A stretch of DNA of 64,000 bases from an uncultured Chloroflexia bacterium (GTDB taxonomy: Bacteria > Chloroflexota > Anaerolineae > JAAYZQ01): positions 1,856,001 through 1,920,000 of the forward strand of contig CAVOXA010000010.1 of NCBI GenBank assembly GCA_963700285.1, in the 5' to 3' direction. Positions 20,325 through 28,950 of this stretch are shown here, in pieces. The position numbers and the translations under genes were made by a program. Within the stretch, counting starts at the first letter, position 1, and each line of letters opens with the position of its first letter. Under the pieces are notes generated by a model, which was not told the origin of the DNA, searched no databases, and was given only the letters and a program-made list of their open reading frames with translations.

Positions 20325-21281
20325 ATGGCCATGATCATTACCCTGACCCTCAACCCTGGGTTGGATCGCACGCTGACCGTGCCGCGCATCCTGCTAGACG
20401 AGGTGTTGCGCGCCACCAAGACGCAACTCGATTGGGGTGGCAAGGGCTTTAACGTCTCGCGGGCGCTGATGGCCCTGGGGATGGACAGCCTGGCCATGGG
20501 TTTGGCGGGTGGAGCGACGGGTCAGATGCTGGAGCGGGGACTCGGCGACCTGGGCATTGCCACCGATCTACTCCAGATTGCTGGCGAGACGCGCACAAAT
20601 ATCGTCGTCACCGATGCGGGTGCGAAACGGCATATCAAGGTGAACGAACCCGGCCCCGCGGTGCAGCAGGAAGAACTGGCTGCGTTGCTGGACCGGGTCC
20701 GCGAGCAGGTTCGCTCGAGGGACCTGTGGGTGCTCTCCGGCAGCTTGCCGCCCGGAGTGCCGCCGACCATTTATGCCCAACTCATCGACATCATCCATGG
20801 GGGTGGCGCCATTGCCTTCCTCGATACAAGTGGCGAGCCGCTGCGGTTGGGCTGTGCGGCCCGCCCCTTCCTGATCAAGCCTAACGTCGCCGAAGCGGAG
20901 GAGATGGTGGGGAAGGCCATCGAATCGGATGCCGATGCCCTGCAGGCTGCGGCGTTCTTTCTGGAACAGGGTGCCGAGTTGGTGGCCCTGTCACTGGGGG
21001 CCGGCGGTCTGCTTTTGTCCTCAGGTCAGAAGGCCATACGGGCCATACCCCCACAGGTGCAAGCGCGGAACTCTGTCGGCGCGGGGGATGCGCTACTGGC
21101 TGGAATAACCTGGGCACTGGAACGAGGGCTGCCTCTGGAGGAGGTCGCCCGCTGGGGTGTCGCAGCCGGCACAGCCGCTGCTATGGGTGAAGGGGTGGGC
21201 GTCGGCTCATACGCCGAGGTCCAGGGATTGTACAAAGTAACGAGTGTCCACAGCGGAAGCGGACCGAGCATCACTACATGA
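20325..21281 (+). CDS. PfkB-family 1-phosphofructokinase / tagatose-6-phosphate kinase
   Basis: TLTLNPGLD, GGKGFNVSR, SGSLPPG, IKPN, NSVGAGD. Confidence 0.9.
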   Translation: MAMIITLTLNPGLDRTLTVPRILLDEVLRATKTQLDWGGKGFNVSRALMALGMDSLAMGLAGGATGQMLERGLGDLGIATDLLQIAGETRTNIVVTDAGAKRHIKVNEPGPAVQQEELAALLDRVREQVRSRDLWVLSGSLPPGVPPTIYAQLIDIIHGGGAIAFLDTSGEPLRLGCAARPFLIKPNVAEAEEMVGKAIESDADALQAAAFFLEQGAELVALSLGAGGLLLSSGQKAIRAIPPQVQARNSVGAGDALLAGITWALERGLPLEEVARWGVAAGTAAAMGEGVGVGSYAEVQGLYKVTSVHSGSGPSITT

Positions 21282-21655
21282 TGCCTCGGACATATCCCCC
21301 ATCCACCTGGATCGTCGTCCTGGTGATAAAGCTAGCCCGTTCGGAAGCCAGGAACGCCACCAAAGCCCCAAGTTCTTGGGGTCTGCCCATGCGTTTCATG
21401 GGAAAGCCAGCCGAAATGGCAGCCAGTTCCTGCTCTGTGCTTGTTCCGTGATCAGCGGCGTGGGCCTCGAATAGCTCCCCGACCTCTTCGGTCCGCGTAT
21501 AGCCTGGCGCCACGTTGTTGATAGTGATGCCCTCGGTCGCCAATTGTGTCGAGTAGGCCTTGGCCAGCCCTATCACCCCAGGGCGGTAGACGTTGGAAAA
21601 CAGCAGATCGTCGATGGGCTGTTTGACCGATACCGAGGTGGCGTTGACGATGCGA
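21274..21655 (-). pseudogene. SDR oxidoreductase, 3' half only
   Basis: RIVNATSVSVKQP..SNVYR..GLAK..GITINNVAPGYTRT..PMKRMGRPQE..QVDGG; Rossmann N-terminus absent. Confidence 0.75.
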
Positions 21656-21858
21656 CCTCACCAAAGGCACCTATCCTCTCCTCTCATCACCCCTTCTGCT
21701 TCAAATCCCCGCAGCTCACCGCTGGCAAGAGGCGTTCCACGAACTCTGGCATGTCAACTCATTCGAGGAACAGAAGGGAGCAGCACGTAAATCACCGTGC
21801 TGCTCCTGGCGAAGGATCTGGAGACTGTGGGGGCGGGCCCCCTACGACGGTTGGCTGC

Positions 21859-23187
21859 CTAAAGGCACTCGCCTGCTCCGACGTCCATCGCCACCATGCC
21901 CGTGATCATCTTTGGATAAAAGTCGGTGGACTTTTGCGGCATTTTGGCTCCCAAGTCGGAACAGGCTTTCACCTCGGCCATGCGCGTGGGATTCATGACA
22001 TAGACACACACGGCCTTGCCCTCGTCCACGTTGGCGATGGCTAGATCCAGGTCGCGGTGGTAGTCGATATTCTCCTTGGCGGCGACTCGTTCCTTGCTGA
22101 TGCCCATCACCCGCTCGATGAGCACTTCGTGGAGAATACTCGCGTCGAGCATCCTCCATTCCTCGGCACTGTCAGGCAAGATCTGAGCCATCACTTCTGG
22201 GCCTCTGAGCCGAAGCAGGTAGTAGTTTCCGTCGTAAAAGCCGATGCGACGGTCTGTAGGGGTCTCCTCCGCCAATGCCTGCGCAAGGGCCGCCTGGCCG
22301 GCGACGGGGCTGACCTCAAAGTACTCGGCAGCGTCAGCCAGGATCTGCGACGTGGTTTTGGTCGAATAGTCAAGCATCTGCCGGTGGGTAGGCAGGATGG
22401 TCAGCCCCGGATCGTCCATGCTGACCAGAGCGACCATTCGGAAGTTGAACGCTGCACTCGCTTTGGCGTCGGGGTAGATATCCCGCATCTCGTCCCGGTA
22501 GTTGAGTGCGGTCTCGTAGCGGTGATGACCATCAGCGATGATCAAGCCCGTCTTTGGGGCCATCTCAGCCACCACGTCTGCGACCACCGCCGGGTCGGTG
22601 ACTGCCCATAACTGTTGGCGTACGTCTTTCTCAAAGAATTCCCGCACGTCGACATCGGGAGGTCGACCGGCAACGGCAACATCAAAGAGCTCGTTGATCT
22701 TGTTGTCCGGATCGGGGTAGAGCATAAAGATCTGCCCGAAATTGGCTGCTGTAGCGCGGAGCAGATTCAAGCGGTCCACCTTGGGCCCGGCGAGGGTACG
22801 TTCGTGAGGCAAGACGATCCCCTCGTCGAATTCAGCCAGCTCCAGGGCGGCGATGAAGGCTTTGCGTGTCCGTTGTGTACCATCGGGCAGGGTAAAGGTC
22901 TGGTGATAGACATAGAGGGTAGGATCTTTGTCCCGCAGCAGGTAGTCCTCCTCCAACCAGGTCTGATAGTAGTCCGAGGCACGGGTATACACGTTCTCAC
23001 TATCCGGTGAATCGCCTTCCATCTCCCGTCCCTTGATGATGCGCACAATGTTGTGGGCGTCCAAGTCATAGTACTCGTCCTGCAGACCGTAGCGGACACG
23101 GTCATATGGCTGGCTGACTACCTTGCTCAGATCGTCAACCTTTTCACGATTGTAGCGGATCCCTCGAAAGGGAACGATTTTGGCCAT
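21859..23187 (-). CDS. DUF1015 family protein
   Basis: IVPFRGIRYN, PYD, LPHERTL, IIADGHHRYETA, MPQKSTDFYPK. Confidence 0.9.
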   Translation of the reverse strand: MAKIVPFRGIRYNREKVDDLSKVVSQPYDRVRYGLQDEYYDLDAHNIVRIIKGREMEGDSPDSENVYTRASDYYQTWLEEDYLLRDKDPTLYVYHQTFTLPDGTQRTRKAFIAALELAEFDEGIVLPHERTLAGPKVDRLNLLRATAANFGQIFMLYPDPDNKINELFDVAVAGRPPDVDVREFFEKDVRQQLWAVTDPAVVADVVAEMAPKTGLIIADGHHRYETALNYRDEMRDIYPDAKASAAFNFRMVALVSMDDPGLTILPTHRQMLDYSTKTTSQILADAAEYFEVSPVAGQAALAQALAEETPTDRRIGFYDGNYYLLRLRGPEVMAQILPDSAEEWRMLDASILHEVLIERVMGISKERVAAKENIDYHRDLDLAIANVDEGKAVCVYVMNPTRMAEVKACSDLGAKMPQKSTDFYPKMITGMVAMDVGAGECL

Positions 23188-23276
23188 GGTCCCAACCTCC
23201 AATGCCGGTACAGCCCTAGACGTCAGACGCCATGGCTGATCCGTGATGCAAGAGGGCGCGTGACACGCTGCGTCCT

Positions 23277-24215
23277 CTAGAACTCGTTGTTATAGTATTC
23301 GATCAGAATTTCGGCGACTTCGGTGCCCACGCGTGCTTGTCCCTCGACAGTGCTGGCTCCGATATGAGGCGAGCCGATGACCTTGCTGAACCCATTCTCG
23401 TCCTTCAGTCCGTAGAGCTTGGCATTGCCCGGGTTAACTTTTTCGTCCAGGTAGACGTCCAGCGCCGCGCCGGCCACCTTGCCGCTCTTCAGGGCATCGT
23501 ACAGAGCATCTTCATCGATGACGCCACCCCGGGCACAGTTGACGACATACACGCCATCTTTCATCTTGGCAAATGCCTGGGCATCCAGCAGGTTCTTGGT
23601 CGCCGGCAGGAAAGGTACGTGGAGCGAGATATAGTCGCTCCGAGCCAGTACTTCCTCAAGGTCAACCTGCTTTGCCGGGCCTGGGTCGGGGGGGGCAACT
23701 ACGTCATAGAAGATCACGTCCATGCCCAGGACCGCGGCCTTCCGGCCCAGCAGGCCGCCGATGTTGCCAAAGCCGATGAGCCCCAGGGTTTTGTCCGCAA
23801 TCTCGGTACCCTTGAGTTTGTTCTTTTGCCACTCGCCGGCCGTCATGCTCATCGTCGCTTGGGGGATGTGGCGAGCCATGGCCAGCATATAGCCCAGGGC
23901 CAACTCGGCCACGGAATTGGAGCTGGCCTTGGGTGTGTTGCGTACGGCAACTCCCTTCTCCCGGGCATAAGCCACATCGATGTTGTCCAAGCCGACGCCG
24001 CCACGGACGACGATCTTGAGATTCTTGGCCGCGTCAATGACCTCTTTTGGGATCTTGGTCCGGCTTCGGACCACCATGCCGTCATAGTTGGCGGCGTCGC
24101 TCAGCAATTCCTCCGCCGAGATGTCCGGTCTGTTCTCCACCTCAATACCTGCATCGAGCAAGGCCTGGACTGTAACAGGCGCAACAGCATCACAGACTAG
24201 TACTTTCATGGTCAT
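23277..24215 (-). CDS. serA: D-3-phosphoglycerate dehydrogenase-like 2-hydroxyacid dehydrogenase (no ACT domain)
   Basis: RGGVGLDNID, GLIGFGNIG, NCARGGVIDE, SPHIGASTVEGQ. Confidence 0.8.
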   Translation of the reverse strand: MTMKVLVCDAVAPVTVQALLDAGIEVENRPDISAEELLSDAANYDGMVVRSRTKIPKEVIDAAKNLKIVVRGGVGLDNIDVAYAREKGVAVRNTPKASSNSVAELALGYMLAMARHIPQATMSMTAGEWQKNKLKGTEIADKTLGLIGFGNIGGLLGRKAAVLGMDVIFYDVVAPPDPGPAKQVDLEEVLARSDYISLHVPFLPATKNLLDAQAFAKMKDGVYVVNCARGGVIDEDALYDALKSGKVAGAALDVYLDEKVNPGNAKLYGLKDENGFSKVIGSPHIGASTVEGQARVGTEVAEILIEYYNNEF

Positions 24216-24285
24216 TTCACCTCTCGCGTTTGAAACGAGATGCGTGGCAGCAACCGCCCTCGCGTTTCACGCATCGCGCATCACA

Positions 24286-25353
24286 TCATAGTCCCAGTAT
24301 GTCGTTGATCTGCGTTAGCAGCCACTGGATATCCGATAGCTGGAGGTCGCCCATGTGGGCAATGCGGAAGCACTTTTCCTTGAGGGTGCCGTAGCCGTTG
24401 GAGATCATGGCCCCTCTTTTTCCGAGTTCCTCGTTCAAGCCAGCGACACTGATACCCCGGGTGTTCTCGACGTTGGTTACGGTGTTTGACAAGTACCGTT
24501 CGTCGCCATACAGAGCAAAATTCTCACGCGCCCAACCGCGGACGACCTCGGCCATCTCGATGTGCCGCTGCCAGCGGTGCTCCAGTCCCTCTGCAAGGAT
24601 GTCGTCCATCTGCGTGTTCAGGGCCTGGATCAGGCTGATAGCCGGCGTGGCCGGAGTCTGGTGGGCATCGTACTTTTTGTCCATCTGATCATAGGCAAAA
24701 TAGAGGCCCCGGTTAGGCACCTGCAGGGCGCGTTCCCGCGCCCGGTCGCTGACGGCGGCCACGGTCAGGCCTGGCGGCAGCGCAAAGCACTTTTGCACGC
24801 CGGCCAGGCAGACGTCCAGTCCCCAGGCGTCGAACTCGATTTTCGTGCCGGCCATGCCACTCACGGCGTCGACCAGGATCAGCACGTTGGGGTATTTGGC
24901 GTGGATGAGTTCCGCGATCTCTGGGATGGGATTCATGACACCCGTGGAAGTCTCGTTGAGGCACACGGCAAGGGCGTCGTACTCGTCTTTGGACAGCGCC
25001 TCGTCCACCAGCTCGGGGGTAATGGCCTGGCCCATGGGCACCTCCAGTTTGTCACGGGGAATGCCATTGGCCACGATCATTTCGTCCCACCGCTTGGAAA
25101 AGGCGCCGCATACCGTGCTGAGCATTCTCTTGGTTGAGGCCTGTCGCACGGATCCTTCCATGACTCCGCTCGAAGACGAAGCATACAGATAGACGCGCTG
25201 CTGGGTATAGAGCAGCTCTTGAAGCTTGGGGGTTACCGCAGCCTGCAGGTCCGAATATTCTTTGGCGCGATGGCCGATCATTGGCACGGTCTGAGCCTGC
25301 AGTATTTCGTCCCGCACGTGAGTAGGACCCGGAATGAACAGTTTTTTGTACAT
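24286..25353 (-). CDS. Class V PLP aminotransferase (serine-pyruvate / phosphoserine aminotransferase-like)
   Basis: LFIPGPT, NETSTG, VDAVS, GVQKCFALPPG, FRIAHMG. Confidence 0.9.
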   Translation of the reverse strand: MYKKLFIPGPTHVRDEILQAQTVPMIGHRAKEYSDLQAAVTPKLQELLYTQQRVYLYASSSSGVMEGSVRQASTKRMLSTVCGAFSKRWDEMIVANGIPRDKLEVPMGQAITPELVDEALSKDEYDALAVCLNETSTGVMNPIPEIAELIHAKYPNVLILVDAVSGMAGTKIEFDAWGLDVCLAGVQKCFALPPGLTVAAVSDRARERALQVPNRGLYFAYDQMDKKYDAHQTPATPAISLIQALNTQMDDILAEGLEHRWQRHIEMAEVVRGWARENFALYGDERYLSNTVTNVENTRGISVAGLNEELGKRGAMISNGYGTLKEKCFRIAHMGDLQLSDIQWLLTQINDILGL

Positions 25354-25485
25354 GTCTTACCTCCTCGTAAAGACCTTGTAGGTTTTCTGCCTTTCGGTTA
25401 AACTAGGTGCTGGAGGTGTCCTCAAGCGGGCCAGGGCGATGCAACAGATTTCTAGATAGCGCCTCCAGCCTGAACCACAGGCCCT

Positions 25486-25562
25486 ATTGTACCAACTTTC
25501 GCCAAAAGGGGCAACTTGAACGCCAACATTTGCTTGACGTCAAACCTTTTATCTGGTATTAT
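25486..25562. promoter_or_regulatory. Back-to-back divergent sigma70-type promoters
   Basis: Minus strand TTGCCC-17-TACAAT (about 25486-25514); plus strand TTGACG-17-TATTAT (25534-25562); both with extended -10 TG. Confidence 0.6.
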
Positions 25563-25618
25563 CCAGTCCTGAAGGACGCTCCTTCAAAATCCTGGAACCT
25601 ATCAAGGAGGATGGAGTC

Positions 25619-26200
25619 ATGTCAGAAATCAATACATCGTGCGTGTATTTTACGCAAACTGGCCCGGCCAACACGGACCGCACGCTGGAACTGGCCCGCG
25701 CTCGCGCCGAGGAATTGGGCATTCGCTGGATTCTTGTGGCGACCACCAGGGGGACAACTGGCCTGAAAGCGACCCAGATGTTCCAAGGATTGGAGGTCAT
25801 CGTCGTGAGCCACTCCACGGGCTTTGGTGGACCAGACACCCAGGAGTTGACCGATGAGAACCGGGTTGCCATCGAGGCTGCAGGAGCCAAGATCCTGACC
25901 TGCCAACACGCCTTTGGTGGCGTGGGCCGGGCCGTACGCAAAAAGATGGGCACATACCAGCTAGATGAGATCATGGCCTTCACCTTGCGTACATTCTGTG
26001 AAGGGATCAAGGTCGCTGCCGAGATGTCGCTCATGGCCGCCGACGCGGGCTTGGTGCGGACCGATGAGCCGCTGATTGCCATTGCCGGGACGGGCGGTGG
26101 TGCCGATACGGCGGCCGTCCTCAAGCCGACCAACGCCCAGACCTTCTTCGACCTGCGTTTCCTGGAAATCATCTGCATGCCTTCGCCTGGACACCCATAA
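25619..26200 (+). CDS. Pyruvate kinase C-terminal alpha/beta domain protein (COG1751-like)
   Basis: YFTQTGPANT, VATTRGTTG, GIKVAAEMSLMAADAG, AGTGGGADTA, EIICMP. Confidence 0.8.
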   Translation: MSEINTSCVYFTQTGPANTDRTLELARARAEELGIRWILVATTRGTTGLKATQMFQGLEVIVVSHSTGFGGPDTQELTDENRVAIEAAGAKILTCQHAFGGVGRAVRKKMGTYQLDEIMAFTLRTFCEGIKVAAEMSLMAADAGLVRTDEPLIAIAGTGGGADTAAVLKPTNAQTFFDLRFLEIICMPSPGHP

Positions 26201-26283
26201 CAATCAAGCTGTGATAAGAGAAAACTCGGGACGTTGATCGGAAAGACATCTGATTCAAGCCATGGGGGCCTAGGAGGCGGCGT

Positions 26284-28008
26284 ATGGACATTGGTCAGAT
26301 TACCACTATGAACGCAGAAGAGATCATCCAGTATTTTCAGCAGCTCATTACCACCGAAGCCATACGGCAGCTAGCAGTCTTTGTGCTGGTTCTGATTGTC
26401 GCCTATATACCAGCCAGGCTCATCGAGTGGCTCCTTCGGCGGGTGCTGGCCACTTGGTTGGAGAGATTATCCTGGCTCGACATCGCCTACAGGATCCTGC
26501 AGGCTGTGCTGTATCCCCTGCTGGCATGGGGCCTGATCTTGCTGAGCATTCCAGCTTTTGAGAGCCAGGGCTGGGCCAGCGATATCTTGGCCTGGCTGAT
26601 CCCTCTCTTACCAGTATGGCTGATCTACCGTCTGGCCAAAACTGTGACGTACATCGCCCTACCACCCGATCGGGCCAGACTAGTCTACCGCCGCGCGGTA
26701 GTTCCCTTGATCCTGCTTCTGGTGGTTCTGCACCTTGTTGGTGTACTGAACCATATTTGGGACTATCGCTCTGAAATCCTGCAGGCGGTGGTTCTGGCCC
26801 TGATCTTTTTTGTGTCCAAGCTTCCCGTGGAGCCCCTGCGCCGGCAACTGGACCGGGTGCAGATGCGGGTACTGGGATCGTCGATCCTTGAGATCCTACC
26901 CCTGGCCAGGCACATGATCCCCGTCCTCATGTGGGCCCTGCAGCCCCTTATTGCTTGGATTCTGGGGATGGGGGTCCTGGCTCTCTATGGCGTCCTCGGC
27001 GTGGACAGTAGTTTCTCGGCCTGGGCGGTTCCTTTTTTCCTCCTGTGGTTCGCATACGAGGCGGCCCAGGCTTTTCTCACCCTGTACCTGTCGCCCTCAA
27101 ACGGAAGGCGCTCGGTCCGTGTCCTGCAGATTGTGGTACTTGTGATTGCAGCCCTGCACAGCATTGATTCCTTGAATGTTATCTGGAGCTGGGGCGTCTG
27201 GCAGGTCGGTGAGAACGCCTGGGTCGAGATCGGCGGGCTGCTTATCGGCCTGGTGATCCTGGTCCTGACAGTGTTGCTCTCCAGGACCACGCGTGTCTTT
27301 CTACGAGAGCGGCTACCCGACACAGGGCTCAACCCTTCTTTAGCCCAGATTGTGACCACATTCGCAGGATACGTCATCATCTTTGCCGGGCTGATGCTCG
27401 CCCTCAACCGCATGAATATCCCGCTGACGAGCTTAACCGTCATCATTGGCGGCCTCTCTGTTGGAATTGGCTTCAGCCTTCAAGACATCCTAAGCAACTT
27501 TATCGCTGGCATTGTCCTGATGTTCGAGGGTTCCATTGTTCCGGGTGCTGTGGTGGAGGTCGACCAGACCACTGGTGTCGTCACCGAAGTCGGTATCCGC
27601 GCCATGCGCATGAGGACCTACGACAACGTGGACATTGTCGTCCCCAATTCGCGTTTCCTGACCCAGGAGGTGACCAACTACAGCAGCGGTGACCCGAGGG
27701 TCCGCATCCGCCTCCCGATTGGGGTAACCTCCAACGCCGATCCTCGCCAGACCGAGGCTGCCATCTTGCGGGGCGCCCGCCATCCAGAGATCCTGGATGA
27801 TCCGCCCCCCTCTGTGTTCTATACTGATTTTTCCAGCGACAATCACGATTTCGAGCTGTTGGTCTGGACCGATGACGCAACCAAGATCCCCCGCATCAAG
27901 AGCGATCTGCGCTACACCGTGTGGGACGAGCTTGTGGCCGAGGACATCGGCATGCCGCTGCCGGCCCTCGACCTGTACGTCAAGGCAATGCCAGAGGAGA
28001 CGCAATGA
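26284..28008 (+). CDS. MscS-family mechanosensitive channel with extended N-terminal TM region
   Basis: GGLSVGIGFSLQDILSNFIAG, G.VTEVGIR, VVPNS, VTNYS. Confidence 0.9.
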   Translation: MDIGQITTMNAEEIIQYFQQLITTEAIRQLAVFVLVLIVAYIPARLIEWLLRRVLATWLERLSWLDIAYRILQAVLYPLLAWGLILLSIPAFESQGWASDILAWLIPLLPVWLIYRLAKTVTYIALPPDRARLVYRRAVVPLILLLVVLHLVGVLNHIWDYRSEILQAVVLALIFFVSKLPVEPLRRQLDRVQMRVLGSSILEILPLARHMIPVLMWALQPLIAWILGMGVLALYGVLGVDSSFSAWAVPFFLLWFAYEAAQAFLTLYLSPSNGRRSVRVLQIVVLVIAALHSIDSLNVIWSWGVWQVGENAWVEIGGLLIGLVILVLTVLLSRTTRVFLRERLPDTGLNPSLAQIVTTFAGYVIIFAGLMLALNRMNIPLTSLTVIIGGLSVGIGFSLQDILSNFIAGIVLMFEGSIVPGAVVEVDQTTGVVTEVGIRAMRMRTYDNVDIVVPNSRFLTQEVTNYSSGDPRVRIRLPIGVTSNADPRQTEAAILRGARHPEILDDPPPSVFYTDFSSDNHDFELLVWTDDATKIPRIKSDLRYTVWDELVAEDIGMPLPALDLYVKAMPEETQ

Positions 28009-28772
28009 GTACCGCGACGATTGAGCAGATCTACCGGCACTACACCGTCCGGGACTACAAGCCTGATCCAGTCCCTGCCGGATTGGTCGAGAGCATTGTC
28101 GCTGCTGGCCAGCGCGCTTCGACCTCGTCCAACTTGCAGGTCTACAGCATTGTGGCCGTAATGGATGCAGAAAAACGGAGCTGCCTGGCCGAGCTGTGTG
28201 GGGGTCAGAGACAAATTCTACAGGCCCCGGTCTTTCTGGCCTGGTGTGCTGACCGGAGCCGCTTGGACCGGATCTGCCGGAGGCGCGGCTACGACCAGGT
28301 GACAGACTATGTTGAGAGCTTTCTCGTGGCAGCCATGGATGCAGCACTAGCCATGCAGAACGCGGCCCTGGCCGCCGAGTCGCTGGGGTTGGGGGTGTGC
28401 TACATCGGCGCCATCCGCAACCAACCAGCGGAGGTGATCGAGCTGTTGGATCTGCCTCCGCTGGTATTCCCTGTCTCGGGCATGACTCTGGGCTGGCCCG
28501 CTGTCGAGCCCTTCATCCGGCCCCGCTTGCCGCTGAGCGCAGTACTCCACTGGGAGAGCTATGATCTGGATGGTGAAGCGGAAGCATTGGCCGAGTACGA
28601 CCAGACGATGATCGATACTGGGATCTACGACGGGCGCCAAGTCCCGGCACCCGGTCGCGAGGATCGAATGGAGGACTATGGTTGGCAGGAGCACTCGGCC
28701 CGGCGTGTCTCCAATCCGATGCGCCCTGGCTTGCGCCAGGTGCTGAGTCGGCAAGGATTCGCGCTGGAGTGA
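28005..28772 (+). CDS. NADPH-dependent nitro/flavin reductase (NfsA/NfrA family)
   Basis: HYTVRDY, ASTSSNLQVYS, AAESLGLGVCYIGAIRN, RPRLP. Confidence 0.9.
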   Translation: MSTATIEQIYRHYTVRDYKPDPVPAGLVESIVAAGQRASTSSNLQVYSIVAVMDAEKRSCLAELCGGQRQILQAPVFLAWCADRSRLDRICRRRGYDQVTDYVESFLVAAMDAALAMQNAALAAESLGLGVCYIGAIRNQPAEVIELLDLPPLVFPVSGMTLGWPAVEPFIRPRLPLSAVLHWESYDLDGEAEALAEYDQTMIDTGIYDGRQVPAPGREDRMEDYGWQEHSARRVSNPMRPGLRQVLSRQGFALE

Positions 28773-28874
28773 GCGACAAGGAGCAAAAAGACGGACCACA
28801 TACCGGAGCCATCCTCTCTGCCTTTGGCGTGGTGATGGCGTGATTGTCCAGGTCCTCCCGTTTGTACCTCCATT

Positions 28875-28903
28875 TTGATTCCCCTTCTCTTCCGTGATAT
28901 AAT
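28875..28903 (+). promoter_or_regulatory. uvrA promoter
   Basis: TTGATT-17-TATAAT with extended -10 TG. Confidence 0.6.
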
Positions 28904-28950
28904 AGCAAGTCGGCCTCTGGCATCGTTCCAGATTGCGGAGGAGCTAAGGT

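Noticed and set aside
25370-25405. Glycine riboswitch (ACCGAAAGGCAGAAAACCT on the minus strand)
   Set aside because: Lacks the GGAGA and CTCTCAGG conserved elements.
28780-28950. LexA/SOS box upstream of uvrA
   Set aside because: No convincing GAAC-N4-GTTC or CTGT-N8-ACAG site seen.
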